NCBI GenBank assembly: GCA_964600785.1
Contig: CAZRKH010000048.1
Span: 7,926 to 71,925 of the forward strand
From: an uncultured Chitinophagaceae bacterium
GTDB taxonomy: Bacteria > Planctomycetota > Planctomycetia > Pirellulales > UBA1268
Length of the DNA stretch: 64,000 nt
Direction: 5' to 3'
The notes beneath the pieces were generated by a model. That model was not told where the DNA came from. It saw nothing but the letters and a program-made list of their open reading frames with translations, and searched no databases. Position numbers and translations under genes: made by a program. Shown here piece by piece: positions 19,910-29,800 of this stretch; position 1 is the stretch's first letter; each line of letters starts with the position of its first letter.

Positions 19910-20100
19910 TCCCAGCTGCCCGCCAGCCCCACGCGGCTTCCCCAGTTTCCCGCCGCGTCCGCGGTTTTCGCGGTTTCTCCTGCCTGCAGGCCGGCCCATC
20001 CTGCGGTGGCGGAATCCGGGCGTGCTTTGCTACCGTCCGCCCGCGAATCTCCCGGCTCGCCCCCACCGGGGGTTCGCGAGGTCGACGGAACGAAACAACG

Positions 20101-20823
20101 ATGAGACCGACCGGACCGATGCAGCGGCAGGACTCGATGGCATGGCTCGCCGGGCTGTTTGCGGCTGCGGTGGTGGTCCTTGTTGCCGGCTGCGGCCGTT
20201 TCCACGGCAACGACAATGCCCAAGGTGTGCAGCTCTACCAGCAGGGCAACTATCAGGGCGCGGCGAACCATTTCCAGCGTGCCCTGGCCGAGCAGCCGGG
20301 CAGCCCCGACGCTTTCTACAACCTCGGGGCGACCTACCACCAGCAGTCGAAGCTCTTCGGACGACCCTCCGACATGCAGCTTGCAGAGCAGTACTATCAT
20401 CTCTGTCTCGCCAGGGCACCGGACCATGCCGCCTGCCACCGGGCTCTGGCCGTGCTTTTGGTCGAGGAGGGCCGCGGTGAGGAGGCCGTCGCCAGCCTCG
20501 AGGCCTGGGCGGCCAGCCGGCCGGGCGACGCCGGGCCCCGGGTCGAACTCGCCCGGCTCTGCTATGAGCACGGCAGCACGCTCGACGCCGAGAACCATCT
20601 GATCGACGCGGTCGGCGTCGACCCCAACAACACCCGCGCCTTGGTCGCGCTCGGCCAAATTCGAGAGGCCAACGGCCAGGCATCGCAGGCCCTGGCAAAC
20701 TACTCGCGGGCGCTCGCGATCGACGGCAATCAGCCGGTGGTTGCCGCCAAGGTCGCGGCCCTCTCCGCGCCGGTCGGGCAGGCCCGCATGGCGGCAGTCC
20801 CGCAGCAATCGGCCGCGCGGTAG
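20101..20823 (+). CDS. TPR-repeat lipoprotein
   Basis: ATG at 20101. Lipobox VVLVAGC. TPR-like repeats (QGNYQGAANHFQRALAEQPGSPDAFYNLGATY; ALVALGQIREANGQASQALANYSRALAIDGN). Confidence 0.8.
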   Translation: MRPTGPMQRQDSMAWLAGLFAAAVVVLVAGCGRFHGNDNAQGVQLYQQGNYQGAANHFQRALAEQPGSPDAFYNLGATYHQQSKLFGRPSDMQLAEQYYHLCLARAPDHAACHRALAVLLVEEGRGEEAVASLEAWAASRPGDAGPRVELARLCYEHGSTLDAENHLIDAVGVDPNNTRALVALGQIREANGQASQALANYSRALAIDGNQPVVAAKVAALSAPVGQARMAAVPQQSAAR

Positions 20824-20956
20824 CCTCGGTGGTGCGTCGCCGTGGCGGCCTGGCAGGCGATCCACAGCCCGGGGGCGTTGACCGGACTGGTCGAGCAGCC
20901 CTATTCTGCGGTCACCGCGGGCGATCGCGGGGCACGGACCAGGTCAGGACGGAGAG

Positions 20957-22114
20957 GTGATGGCGACGGACCACGCGGGCACCGCCGAGGCCGAGAGGCG
21001 GTTCAATTTCTCGCCCGGCCCCGCCGTGCTTCCCCTGGAGGTGCTGCAGCGAATCCAGCGGGAACTCGTCTGCCTGCCGGGCGTCGGCAGTTCGGTGCTC
21101 GAGATCAGCCACCGCAGCGCCGCCTTCGATGCGATCCTCGATTCGACCCGCCGCGAACTCGCGGGCCTGCTGGGGCTGCCCGAGACCCACGAGATCCTGT
21201 TTCTTCAAGGCGGCGCGAATCTCCAGTTTTCGATGGTCCCGATGAACCTTCTCCGCGGCCAAGGCTCTCCGGCGGGCTACCTGCTGACCGGCACCTGGGG
21301 TGCGATGGCCGCCGCCGAGGCTGCCCGCGAAGGGGAGGTCCGCGTGCTGTGGGATGGTCGCGATACCGGCTACGACCGGCTCCCCGAGGAGGGCATCGAG
21401 CCGCCAGGGGATCTGGCCTACCTGCACTTCACCAGCAACGAGACGATTCAGGGGGTGCAGTGGAAGCAGCTGCCGCAGTGCGACTCACCGCTGGTCTGCG
21501 ACTGCTCGAGCGACTTCCTCTCGCGGCCGATCGATGTCGCGCGGCACGGGCTGATCTACGCCTGTGCCCAGAAAAATGCCGGGATCGCCGGCGTGACGGT
21601 GATCATCGTTCGCCGGGACCTGCTCCACCGCAGCGGCGACACGCTGCCGAAGATGCTCAGCTACCAGGTGCACGCCGAGAAAGGCTCGCGGGCCAACACG
21701 CCGCCGGTATTCGCGATCTACGTGCTCGGACTGCTGTGTGAATGGATCCGCGAATCATTCGGTGGGCTCGAATCGCTCGCCACCCACAACGCCGCCAAGG
21801 CGGGGCTGCTCTACGACGAGATCGACGCCTCGGGCGGCTTTTATCTCGGCCACGCCCGCACAACGTGCCGCTCCGAGATGAACGTCACCTTCAGGCTCGC
21901 CGATGAGGGCCGCGAGCGGGAGTTTCTCGAGGCCGCCGCGGCGCGGGGGCTCGTCGAACTCAAGGGCCATCGCTCGGTGGGAGGTATCCGGGCGAGCGTC
22001 TACAACGCGATGCCGCTCGAGGGCGTCGAGCGGCTGAGGGATTTCATGGCGGAGTTCCGGGGTTCCGCCAAGGCCGCCTCGACCGCCGCAGGATCGTCCG
22101 GGGAGACATGCTGA
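20957..22114 (+). CDS. serC: Phosphoserine aminotransferase
   Basis: RFNFSPGPAVLPLEVLQ N-terminus and a full-length class-V aminotransferase layout. Start is GTG 20957 or ATG 20960. Confidence 0.93.
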   Translation: MMATDHAGTAEAERRFNFSPGPAVLPLEVLQRIQRELVCLPGVGSSVLEISHRSAAFDAILDSTRRELAGLLGLPETHEILFLQGGANLQFSMVPMNLLRGQGSPAGYLLTGTWGAMAAAEAAREGEVRVLWDGRDTGYDRLPEEGIEPPGDLAYLHFTSNETIQGVQWKQLPQCDSPLVCDCSSDFLSRPIDVARHGLIYACAQKNAGIAGVTVIIVRRDLLHRSGDTLPKMLSYQVHAEKGSRANTPPVFAIYVLGLLCEWIRESFGGLESLATHNAAKAGLLYDEIDASGGFYLGHARTTCRSEMNVTFRLADEGREREFLEAAAARGLVELKGHRSVGGIRASVYNAMPLEGVERLRDFMAEFRGSAKAASTAAGSSGETC

Positions 22115-22115
22115 C

Positions 22116-23786
22116 ATGCCGTCAATCGTGGTGCTTGATTCGCTCAGCAAGGACGGGCTGGCCCTGCTCGACAAGGCGGCCGAACGCGGTATCGGCTACG
22201 AGCTGGCGACCGGCCTGGCCGGTGACGATCTCCGCGAGGTGTTGCTGCGTCACGACGGGGCGATCTGTCGCAGCGGCGTTAAGATCACCGCCGACGTGCT
22301 GGCAGGGAATCACCGGCTCAAGGCGATCGTGCGGGCCGGGGTGGGCACTGACAATATCGACAAGGAGGCTGCGACGAGGCTGGGGATCGTGGTCATGAAC
22401 ACCCCGGCTGGCAACACGGTGAGCACCGCCGAGCACACCCTCGCCCTCGTGCTGGCGTTGTCGAGGAATGTCGCTGTGGCCGACGCGAGCCTGCGCGATC
22501 ACCGCTGGGACCGCGGCAAGTTCATGGGCGTGCAGCTGGCCGGGAAGACGCTCGGCATCGTGGGGCTTGGCCGAGTCGGTCAGGCGGTCGCCCGCCGGGC
22601 CCGGGCCTTCGACATGCGTGTCCTTGGCTACGACCCCTTCCTGTCGCCGGAGCGGGCGGCCGAGCTGGGAGTCGAACTGGTCGACGCGGTGCCGGCGATG
22701 TTCCCGGAGATCGACTACCTCACCGTACACACGCCGCTGACCGAGGAAACGCGGCACCTGGTCAACCGCGAGTCGCTCGAGGCCCTCAAGCCGGGTGTGA
22801 GGCTGATCAACTGCGCCCGCGGTGGAATCTACGACGAGCAGGCGTTGCTCGAGGGTCTCGAGCGAGGGATCATCGCCGGGGTGGCCCTCGATGTGTTCGA
22901 AAAGGAGCCCTGTACCGAGTCGCCGCTGTTCGGCAAGCCGGGCGTGCTCGTCACGCCGCACCTCGGGGCGAGTACCGAGGAGGCCCAGTCGCAGGTGGCG
23001 ATCGAGGGTGTCGGCCTGCTGCTCGACTTCCTCTCCACCGGCACGATCCGGCATTCGGTGAACACCGGCTCGATCGACGCTGCGGCCCTGGAGGGCGTTC
23101 GTGGCTTCCTCGACCTGGCCTGGAGGCTCGGCCTGCTCGTCTCGCAGCTCGACGAGTCGCCGCCGCGGAGCTGCTCGATCGCCTTTCGCGGGGAGATCGC
23201 CTCGCGAAACACCAAACTGGTGACGGCGGCCTTCGCCGCCGGGCTGTTGGAGTCGGCAATCGAGAACGTGAACGTGGTCAACGCCGAGGTGCTCTTGCGG
23301 GAGCGGGGGATCGAACTGGTCGAGCAGAAGCGAACCGACCCGGGTGCCTTCAGCTCGGTGGTGGCGGTCGACCTGGTAGCCGCCGAGCGGGTCCACCGGG
23401 CTGCCGGCACGCTCTTCGGGCATTCGATGCCCAGGCTGGTGCAGCTCGAGGGCCACAGGCTGGAGGCCTACCTCGATGGCATCTTGTTGGTCTTCACCCA
23501 CCAGGATCTGCCCGGCATCATCGGCCGGGTCGGCACGGCCTTCGGCGAACTGGGGGTCAATATCGCGCAGATGACCGTGGGCCGGTCGGCGCCCGGCGGT
23601 GACGCGATCGGCGTGCTGAACCTCGACCAGGAGCCGGACGCGGCGGCGGTCGCGGCGGTCACGAGCCTGACCGGAATTCGCTCGGCAAAAATCGTGCGGC
23701 TGCCCCCCGCCGGGCAACTGCCCTATTGGCTGGCCACCGCCGGCGCGGCCACCCGGGCCGGAGAGTCGGCCGCCGCCCGCGGCTGA
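22116..23786 (+). CDS. serA: D-3-phosphoglycerate dehydrogenase (long form with C-terminal regulatory domains)
   Basis: NAD-binding GIVGLGRVGQAVA and catalytic-region blocks. It starts 1 bp after the serC stop. Confidence 0.95.
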   Translation: MPSIVVLDSLSKDGLALLDKAAERGIGYELATGLAGDDLREVLLRHDGAICRSGVKITADVLAGNHRLKAIVRAGVGTDNIDKEAATRLGIVVMNTPAGNTVSTAEHTLALVLALSRNVAVADASLRDHRWDRGKFMGVQLAGKTLGIVGLGRVGQAVARRARAFDMRVLGYDPFLSPERAAELGVELVDAVPAMFPEIDYLTVHTPLTEETRHLVNRESLEALKPGVRLINCARGGIYDEQALLEGLERGIIAGVALDVFEKEPCTESPLFGKPGVLVTPHLGASTEEAQSQVAIEGVGLLLDFLSTGTIRHSVNTGSIDAAALEGVRGFLDLAWRLGLLVSQLDESPPRSCSIAFRGEIASRNTKLVTAAFAAGLLESAIENVNVVNAEVLLRERGIELVEQKRTDPGAFSSVVAVDLVAAERVHRAAGTLFGHSMPRLVQLEGHRLEAYLDGILLVFTHQDLPGIIGRVGTAFGELGVNIAQMTVGRSAPGGDAIGVLNLDQEPDAAAVAAVTSLTGIRSAKIVRLPPAGQLPYWLATAGAATRAGESAAARG

Positions 23787-23875
23787 TACCAACCCGCCCA
23801 TCAGCGGGGCGGCGGGGAATAATCGGCGGATCCGCAAGGGAATAGGCTTTCACTCGACGGGCCCGTTCGGCCAGG

Positions 23876-24460
23876 ATGCGAAGCGTGCCTGACAAGAGCC
23901 CCCTCGGTGAAGGCGACTCCCGCCAGGCTGTGGCTCGGTTCGAGGACTGGGCTGACAGGCACCTGGAGTCGCTCTACAGACTGGCCTACCGCCTGCTGGG
24001 CAACGGCCACGATGCGGAGGATGTTGTGCAGGAGACCTTTCGTTCAGCATGGGCCAGTCGGCAGTTCTTTGACGGCCGGCGGAGCGAACGGGCGTGGCTG
24101 ACCACGATCCTGCGGCGGCGTGTCGCCGATCACTATCGCAAGCGGAGCCGCGGCGAGGCCCCGCTGGGTGAGGCGGTGCATGCGATCACGGCCGCACCGC
24201 AGGCCGATCCCTTTGCCGATGAACTCTCCACAGCCGTGCAGCAGGCGGTCGACCGGCTCCCGCAGGAACTTCGCGAGACGCTGCTGCTGGTCGTGGTCGG
24301 CGAACTGACCCACCAGGAGGCGGCCGACATGCTCGGCGTGCCCCTGGGCACGGTGCTCTCGAGGGTCAGCCGCGGTCGTTCACGGCTGCGGCAATTCCTG
24401 ACCTCGAGTGATGCCGCCGGTCGCAATGTCGATACCCCGCTACCCCGCGGCGGGCGGTAA
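23876..24460 (+). CDS. ECF-type RNA polymerase sigma factor
   Basis: Region 2 (LYRLAYRLLGNGHDAEDVVQETF) and region 4 (LPQELRETLLLVVVGELTHQEAADMLGVPLGTVLSRVSRGRSRL). Confidence 0.9.
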   Translation: MRSVPDKSPLGEGDSRQAVARFEDWADRHLESLYRLAYRLLGNGHDAEDVVQETFRSAWASRQFFDGRRSERAWLTTILRRRVADHYRKRSRGEAPLGEAVHAITAAPQADPFADELSTAVQQAVDRLPQELRETLLLVVVGELTHQEAADMLGVPLGTVLSRVSRGRSRLRQFLTSSDAAGRNVDTPLPRGGR

Positions 24461-24488
24461 CCCCCGAGTCAAACCGCGAGCAAAACCG

Positions 24489-26681
24489 ATGGATCACCAC
24501 GAGAGCTTCAAGCCAGGCGAGCCGGGTGCCGGAAGGTCCGCCGGGCAAAGCCGCCAGCGGACCCGCGAAGGTGGCCCTGAAGACCCTCAGCTGCGGCGGC
24601 TGCTGAAAGTGGAACTGCCCCCGGCGCTGCGGCAGGCGATCACGATTGATCGGCTCTTCGACGATGACGGGGTCGATCGACTGTTGCGGGCGGTCGAGGT
24701 GCCGGCGAATCTCGCCGAGCGGGTCGTCCGCCGTGCCGCCCGGCGGAGCCGCGTGGTCGATCTGGAGGCCGCCGCCTCGAGGGTCGGTCTGCCGAACGGG
24801 CGGAATGCGGTGGCTTCGGCCGGCAGCCCGCGGGCCCTCCGCTGGGCCCGTGAGGTGCTCGCCGACTTTCTCGCTGCGGCCGCCGCGATCGCCGTGATGG
24901 TGGCAGTGGCCGTGGGTTCCTACACCCTGGCCAGGCGGGTCACGGCCGTCGCTCCCGGCCCGGATGCGGTGGTGGCGGTTCCCTCCGCGGTGGCGGCTGC
25001 CGACGGTGACCGGCGGTCGCCCCAATCGCCTGCGCCGGTGGTGGTGGGCCGGAGCGGTCGGGCTGCTGCTCTCCCCGCCGAACCTGTCGCTCCTTCGGCC
25101 GACGCGACGGCTACGTCGCGGCAGCCTTGGCCGGCAGTGACGGAGTTGCCAGATCGGCCGAAAGAGCCCGCAGCGGCTTCCACGCCGATTCTCGCCGCTC
25201 CGAATCGGGATCGATCGGTCGGTCCCGGCGAGATGATGATCGTGCCGGGACCCGCCGAAGTGCCGCGGGTGCCGCGGAGCGGCCGGGGGATCGATCTGGC
25301 ATTCGAGATCACACACGGGGAAGCCTCCCCCGCAAGTCCGGCGGTCGCGGAGGAACTCGCGGTGGACCGGCCTCCCCTGAGCCTGCAGACCGACTCCTTC
25401 GATGCGGCCCTTGCCGCGGCAAGATCCTCAGATCGGTCGGGCCGGGACCTGCTGCGGACCGAGCACCTGCTCGCGGCGATGACACCGGGTCCTTACGCAA
25501 GCGGCCCTCAGGCAAAGCTGCCCGGCGGGGCCACGCTGCACCTGGAGCCGATCGTGACTGAATCGCTGAGGGGTCCGGGCCGCTCGCTCTTGGTGGAACT
25601 CTCGGTAACGGCTGCGGGCCCGCCCCCGCCCGGCGCTGCCAAGGAGTTGATCGTGGTGCTCGATCATTCATCGGCGCCGGGAAATTCGCAGCTCTGGTCG
25701 TCGCTTTTGCGGGGGTTGCGGCTGCTCGCCGGACGGCTGGCAGCGGATGACCGCGTGACACTCATGACCTTTGCCGAGCGGCCGACGACGGTGGTTTCGC
25801 GGGCGTCCGCGGAGCAGTTGGCAGCCGCGATTCACGGCCTCGGGAAACTCGCCCATGGGGGGCTTGCCGACATCGACCGCTGTTTCGAGGCGATCGGCCG
25901 CACGCGGCAGGCGGTGCTCGCCGAATCCGGACGCCGTCCGAGGGTCGTGGTCGTAGCCCACGACGACACGCTGCGGGCGGCATCGGGTGCGGCCGAGGCT
26001 GTCTTCGCCGATTGGCAGGCGGGGCGGGGCTCCGGCGGTGCCGAGCGTGAATGGGAGCGTGAATGGGAATTTGTCTGGATCGATCCCACCGCCGCGGTCG
26101 ACGATGCCTCGGGAAGGGTCGGGATCGATTCGCTGGCGGTTCGTCGTCGGCTGCTCGCCGCGACCACCAGCGGGCGGCCGCTCGTGCGGGACTGCCGTCT
26201 GGAAGTCCACTTCGATCCGGCCACCGTCTCTGCCTACCGGATCGTCGGCTTCCGCATCGACTCAATCGCCCTGCCCGGAGCGTTCGTCCCGCCGGTGGAC
26301 CTCTGTGCCGGCGAGACGGTGCGGGCGGTCTATGAGGTCGTCGCGCGGGGTGAGGATTCCCTCGGGACCGCCGTGCTGCGTTGGCGGGCGTCGGGCTCGG
26401 GCAGTTCCATGAAGAGCCTGCGGGCTGAGATCCCCGCCGCGGCGGCCGGGGCGGTGCCCCGGTGGCATCTGCGGGAGTTGCTGCTCGCCGTGGGCACTGG
26501 CGAACTTGCCGGACGCTCCAAGCTCGCCGGCAGCCTGCCGGATCTCGCCGCGAGCGTCGCCGAGATGGCCGGGCAGTGGGTGGCCGAAGCTGGCCTGACC
26601 GAGGCGGGCGAGGAGTTGTACGAGGTGTTCCTGTCGATCGCCGGGGGCGGACGTGGACAACAGCGGTTCGACCGGCGGTGA
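24489..26681 (+). CDS. Single-pass membrane anti-sigma-like protein with extracytoplasmic vWA (YfbK-like) domain
   Basis: ATG at 24489, 28 bp after the sigma stop. One TM segment (FLAAAAAIAVMVAVAVGSY). vWA-like block ELIVVLDHSSAPG…DRVTLMTFAERPTTV…GGLADI with an incomplete DxSxS, followed by a DUF3520-like C-terminal region. Confidence 0.7.
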   Translation: MDHHESFKPGEPGAGRSAGQSRQRTREGGPEDPQLRRLLKVELPPALRQAITIDRLFDDDGVDRLLRAVEVPANLAERVVRRAARRSRVVDLEAAASRVGLPNGRNAVASAGSPRALRWAREVLADFLAAAAAIAVMVAVAVGSYTLARRVTAVAPGPDAVVAVPSAVAAADGDRRSPQSPAPVVVGRSGRAAALPAEPVAPSADATATSRQPWPAVTELPDRPKEPAAASTPILAAPNRDRSVGPGEMMIVPGPAEVPRVPRSGRGIDLAFEITHGEASPASPAVAEELAVDRPPLSLQTDSFDAALAAARSSDRSGRDLLRTEHLLAAMTPGPYASGPQAKLPGGATLHLEPIVTESLRGPGRSLLVELSVTAAGPPPPGAAKELIVVLDHSSAPGNSQLWSSLLRGLRLLAGRLAADDRVTLMTFAERPTTVVSRASAEQLAAAIHGLGKLAHGGLADIDRCFEAIGRTRQAVLAESGRRPRVVVVAHDDTLRAASGAAEAVFADWQAGRGSGGAEREWEREWEFVWIDPTAAVDDASGRVGIDSLAVRRRLLAATTSGRPLVRDCRLEVHFDPATVSAYRIVGFRIDSIALPGAFVPPVDLCAGETVRAVYEVVARGEDSLGTAVLRWRASGSGSSMKSLRAEIPAAAAGAVPRWHLRELLLAVGTGELAGRSKLAGSLPDLAASVAEMAGQWVAEAGLTEAGEELYEVFLSIAGGGRGQQRFDRR

Positions 26682-26707
26682 TCCTGCCGCCCCGCGAGGG
26701 GTCTCGT

Positions 26708-26736
26708 TTGACGAGTTTTCTTCGGAAAAACACAAT
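26708..26736 (+). promoter_or_regulatory. Sigma-70-like promoter candidate (TTGACG-N17-CACAAT) in an AT-rich island
   Basis: Direct reading: ttgacg agttttcttcggaaaaa cacaat, about 90 bp upstream of the 26825 start. Promoter consensus in this lineage is uncertain. Confidence 0.3.
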
Positions 26737-26751
26737 AGAATTCAGGGACGT

Positions 26752-26781
26752 CGCGGCGGGCTCCATGGCGGCGGGCTCCAT
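26752..26781 (+). repeat. Perfect 15-bp tandem duplication (GCGGCGGGCTCCATG x2)
   Basis: Read directly. It is in-frame with the long ORF and creates two extra ATGs (26765, 26780) upstream of the signal-peptide start. Confidence 0.9.
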
Positions 26782-26824
26782 GTTCGATGCCAGAAGCCGA
26801 CACCCCGGGCCGGACACTCTCACG

Positions 26825-29800
26825 ATGCACCAGGAATTCCACCCCGTCTTGTGCCTGCTGCGGCGGCTGGCAGCCGCCGTGGTGCTCCTGCTTTTTTTGA
26901 CTGTCGCCGGTGGCCACCGGGTGGCGGCTGCCGAGGATGACGCCCCGTCGGTCCGAGAGATCACCGCCCGTCGGCTGCTCGACCGGCTCGAGGAAAAAGA
27001 GTACGCGGACATGATGCTCGCGGTTCTCGACCGCCTCTCGCAGGAGCAGCGAATCTCCGCCGGCCTCAAGCAGGAGATTCCCTTCCGCCGGGCCGTGGCG
27101 TTGGTGCTCGAGAGCCGCACCGAGGCCAACACCGACAAGCGGGCGGCCCAACTTGCCGACGCACGCCAAGCGATCGACGCCTTCCTGGCGAGCAAGCCCT
27201 CCCTCGAGAGCACGGTGGATGCCAACATCCAGCGGGGCAACCTGCTCGTCGAGCAGGGCCGGCTCCTCGTCCGCCAGGCTGACCGGCCCGGCGCCGACAG
27301 CGAGGCGATTCTCGCCAAGGCGGCGCCGTTGCTTGGTGACGCGGTGAAGAGCTTCGTCGCGGCAGAGAATGCCCTCTACACACCCGGTGACGGGGAGCCC
27401 GGCGGTCTGCTCACGAAGCTGCGGAAACAAATCGGCGACCTTCAGGAGGAGGAGAAGACGCTCAAAGAAAACAAAAAGCCACCCGCCGGGATGTCATCCC
27501 TGGAGCGTGGCAAGTTGATTCGCCGGCTCAAAGATGAGATTCCCCGGCTCGTCGAGGAGCAGGATCGCTTCCGCAGCAAACTGTTGCAGGTGCGGCTGCT
27601 GGTGGGCACGGCCGGCTTCGAACTGTCGAGGTCGCTCGAGCCCGGCTCGAAGGCCTGGCGGGAGGCGATCGAGGCCTCTTCAAGTGCCTTTGAGACGATG
27701 TATGAAAAATACCGAACGCTGCTCGCCGGCCAATTCGCCCGTTACTACCAGGGCCGCAACTCGGTGAGCCTGGCCTTCGACCCGCCGTTCGATCCCGACG
27801 ACAAGAAGGCGGCCGAGCAGCGGGAGAAGGATATCGACGCCGCCCTGAACGTGCTTGGCGACCTGCGGCTGCTCGAGGGTGGCGGGCCGATCGCCGACCT
27901 GAGGGCCAAGGCCTTCAACCTCTCGCTGCAGTGCTGGCTGGAGACGCTTCCCGAGGCTGAATACGCCTCCTTCGAGGGTGTCAATCTCGACACCTTGAAG
28001 CTGGCCCTCCCGGAGCTTCCCGATGCCAAGCTCGATGCCGACTGGCTGGGCTTCAAATATCGTCTCGCGGTGATGATCAAGCGGATGGACGAAGCCGCCA
28101 AGGAGGCCAAGGGGTCCGACCGCAATCCGCTGCTCAACTCGGCCGCCAACAGCATCCGGCGGCTGGCGATGCAGGTGGCCAAGGCCAATCGGGAGTTTGC
28201 CGACGAGGCTCGGGATCTGCTCGGAGATCTCCCCGAGGCGGCCGTGGATGAGACCTTCGCGACCCTCATGGACGAGGCGGGCGTCGCGATCACCACGATG
28301 CAGCAGAAGAAGCAGGAGGCGGCCAGCCTCTCCGCCGCGGGCAAGGCGGAGGAGTCGAAGGCCGCCGCCGAAGAGGCGATCAAGTCTCGCGACGGGGCGA
28401 TCGCGGCGATTCGCAAGGCGGTGCCGCTGGCCACCGAGGATGAGGCTGCCGCGGTCAACCGGGCCCGCTACCTGCTCACGTTTTTGATGTACGACAGCGG
28501 CCGTCTCGAGGAGGCGGCGACGGTCGGTGAGTTCCTCGCCCGCTGGTATCCCAACGCCGCCGGCAGCGAGCAGGCGGCGAAGATCGCGATGGCCTCCTGG
28601 CAGAAGCTCGCCAAAAACGATTCGCCCTGGGCCGCCGACGCGATGCGACGCTGCGGGAGGATGGCCGAACGGATTCTCGAGACCTGGCCCGATGGCAGTT
28701 CGGTGGCCGACGCGGCCAACGTGGCGATCGCCGCGGCGGCCGATGCGGAGGATGCCGAGAGGATCGTGGCGATCTTCAAGCGGATGCCCGCCGATTCCCC
28801 GCTGCGTGGACAGGTTGCCCTGCGGGCCGGGCTCTCGCTGTGGAAGCTCGTGACCCAGAAGCGGCGGCTCGAGGGGGAGGGCCGGCCCTCCGACGAGACC
28901 CTCGCCGCCTGGACCGCGGCTGCGGCGGCGGCCTTCGACGAAGGGCTCGCGGCCAGCAAGGGGGGCAACAAGCTCGCCGTGGCCGCGGCGGTGAGTCGCT
29001 GCCAGATCGGCATGGAGGCCGGCGACACCCAGACGGTGGCGGCGGTGCTCGAAAACCCGGCCTACGGGCCCTGGACGGTCGTCACCGCGGAGGGCGGTTC
29101 CTTCTCCAAGGGGCCGGTGGCCGAGGAGATTCTGCGGCTGGCCCTGCGGTTTTTCATCCAGTCCGAGGAGATTCCCAAGGCTGAGGAGGCGATGGCCCGG
29201 CTGGAGGCGGTGGCCGGTGATGCCACCAATCTGACCACGATGTACCTCGCCATGGGCCGGGACCTTCAGGAGCAGCTCGAGGGCATCGTCGGTGCAGGCG
29301 ACGGGGAGGTCAGCGAGCAGGCCAGGGCCAGGGCCCAGAAGATTCTCAGCGGTTTCGAGGCCTTCCTCGATCGCGTGGCGGCCCAGGACGCGAAGGTGTC
29401 CTCTCGGATGTGGGTGGCGACCACCTACCTCACGCTCGGATCCGGCTCGGACGCCGAGGGTTCCGGCGGCATCGCCGCGGTCGTGCCCAAGACGAAGGCC
29501 GACGAATATCTCGGCAAGGCGGCGGCCGTCTATGAAAAACTGCTCGAGAACCCCGGAGACGAGATGGCGAAGTTCGAGCCCTCGATCCGCTTCAAGCTTG
29601 CCGACGTCTACCGCCAGCTCGGCCGTTACGACGAGGCGATGGGCCACCTCGACTGGATTCTCGGAGATTCCAAGCGGGTCAACTGGCGGGATGCCCAGAT
29701 CGAGGCGGCCCGGTTGCTCCAGGATGCCGGCATCGCTTCGGAGAACCCGGGCGAGGCCGAGGAGAAGCTCTCGCTGGCGATCAGTGGCCGCAGGGGCGGC

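Noticed and set aside
23815-23867. ECF autoregulatory promoter upstream of the sigma gene: GGGAATA direct repeats at 23815 and 23838, CGTT at 23864
   Set aside because: The GGAAT-to-CGTT spacing is about 20 nt rather than the usual 16-17, and it would imply an essentially leaderless mRNA. It is plausible but not supportable from sequence alone.
27680-29647. 655-aa minus-strand ORF inside the 1107-aa gene. Similar long antisense ORFs occur at 782-1918, 4134-5660, 22122-23837, 35510-37480, 38064-39797, 53589-55472 and 60121-62715.
   Set aside because: All are shadows of well-supported genes on the opposite strand, and their composition is biased to Arg/Gly/Pro/Leu. None has motifs I recognise.
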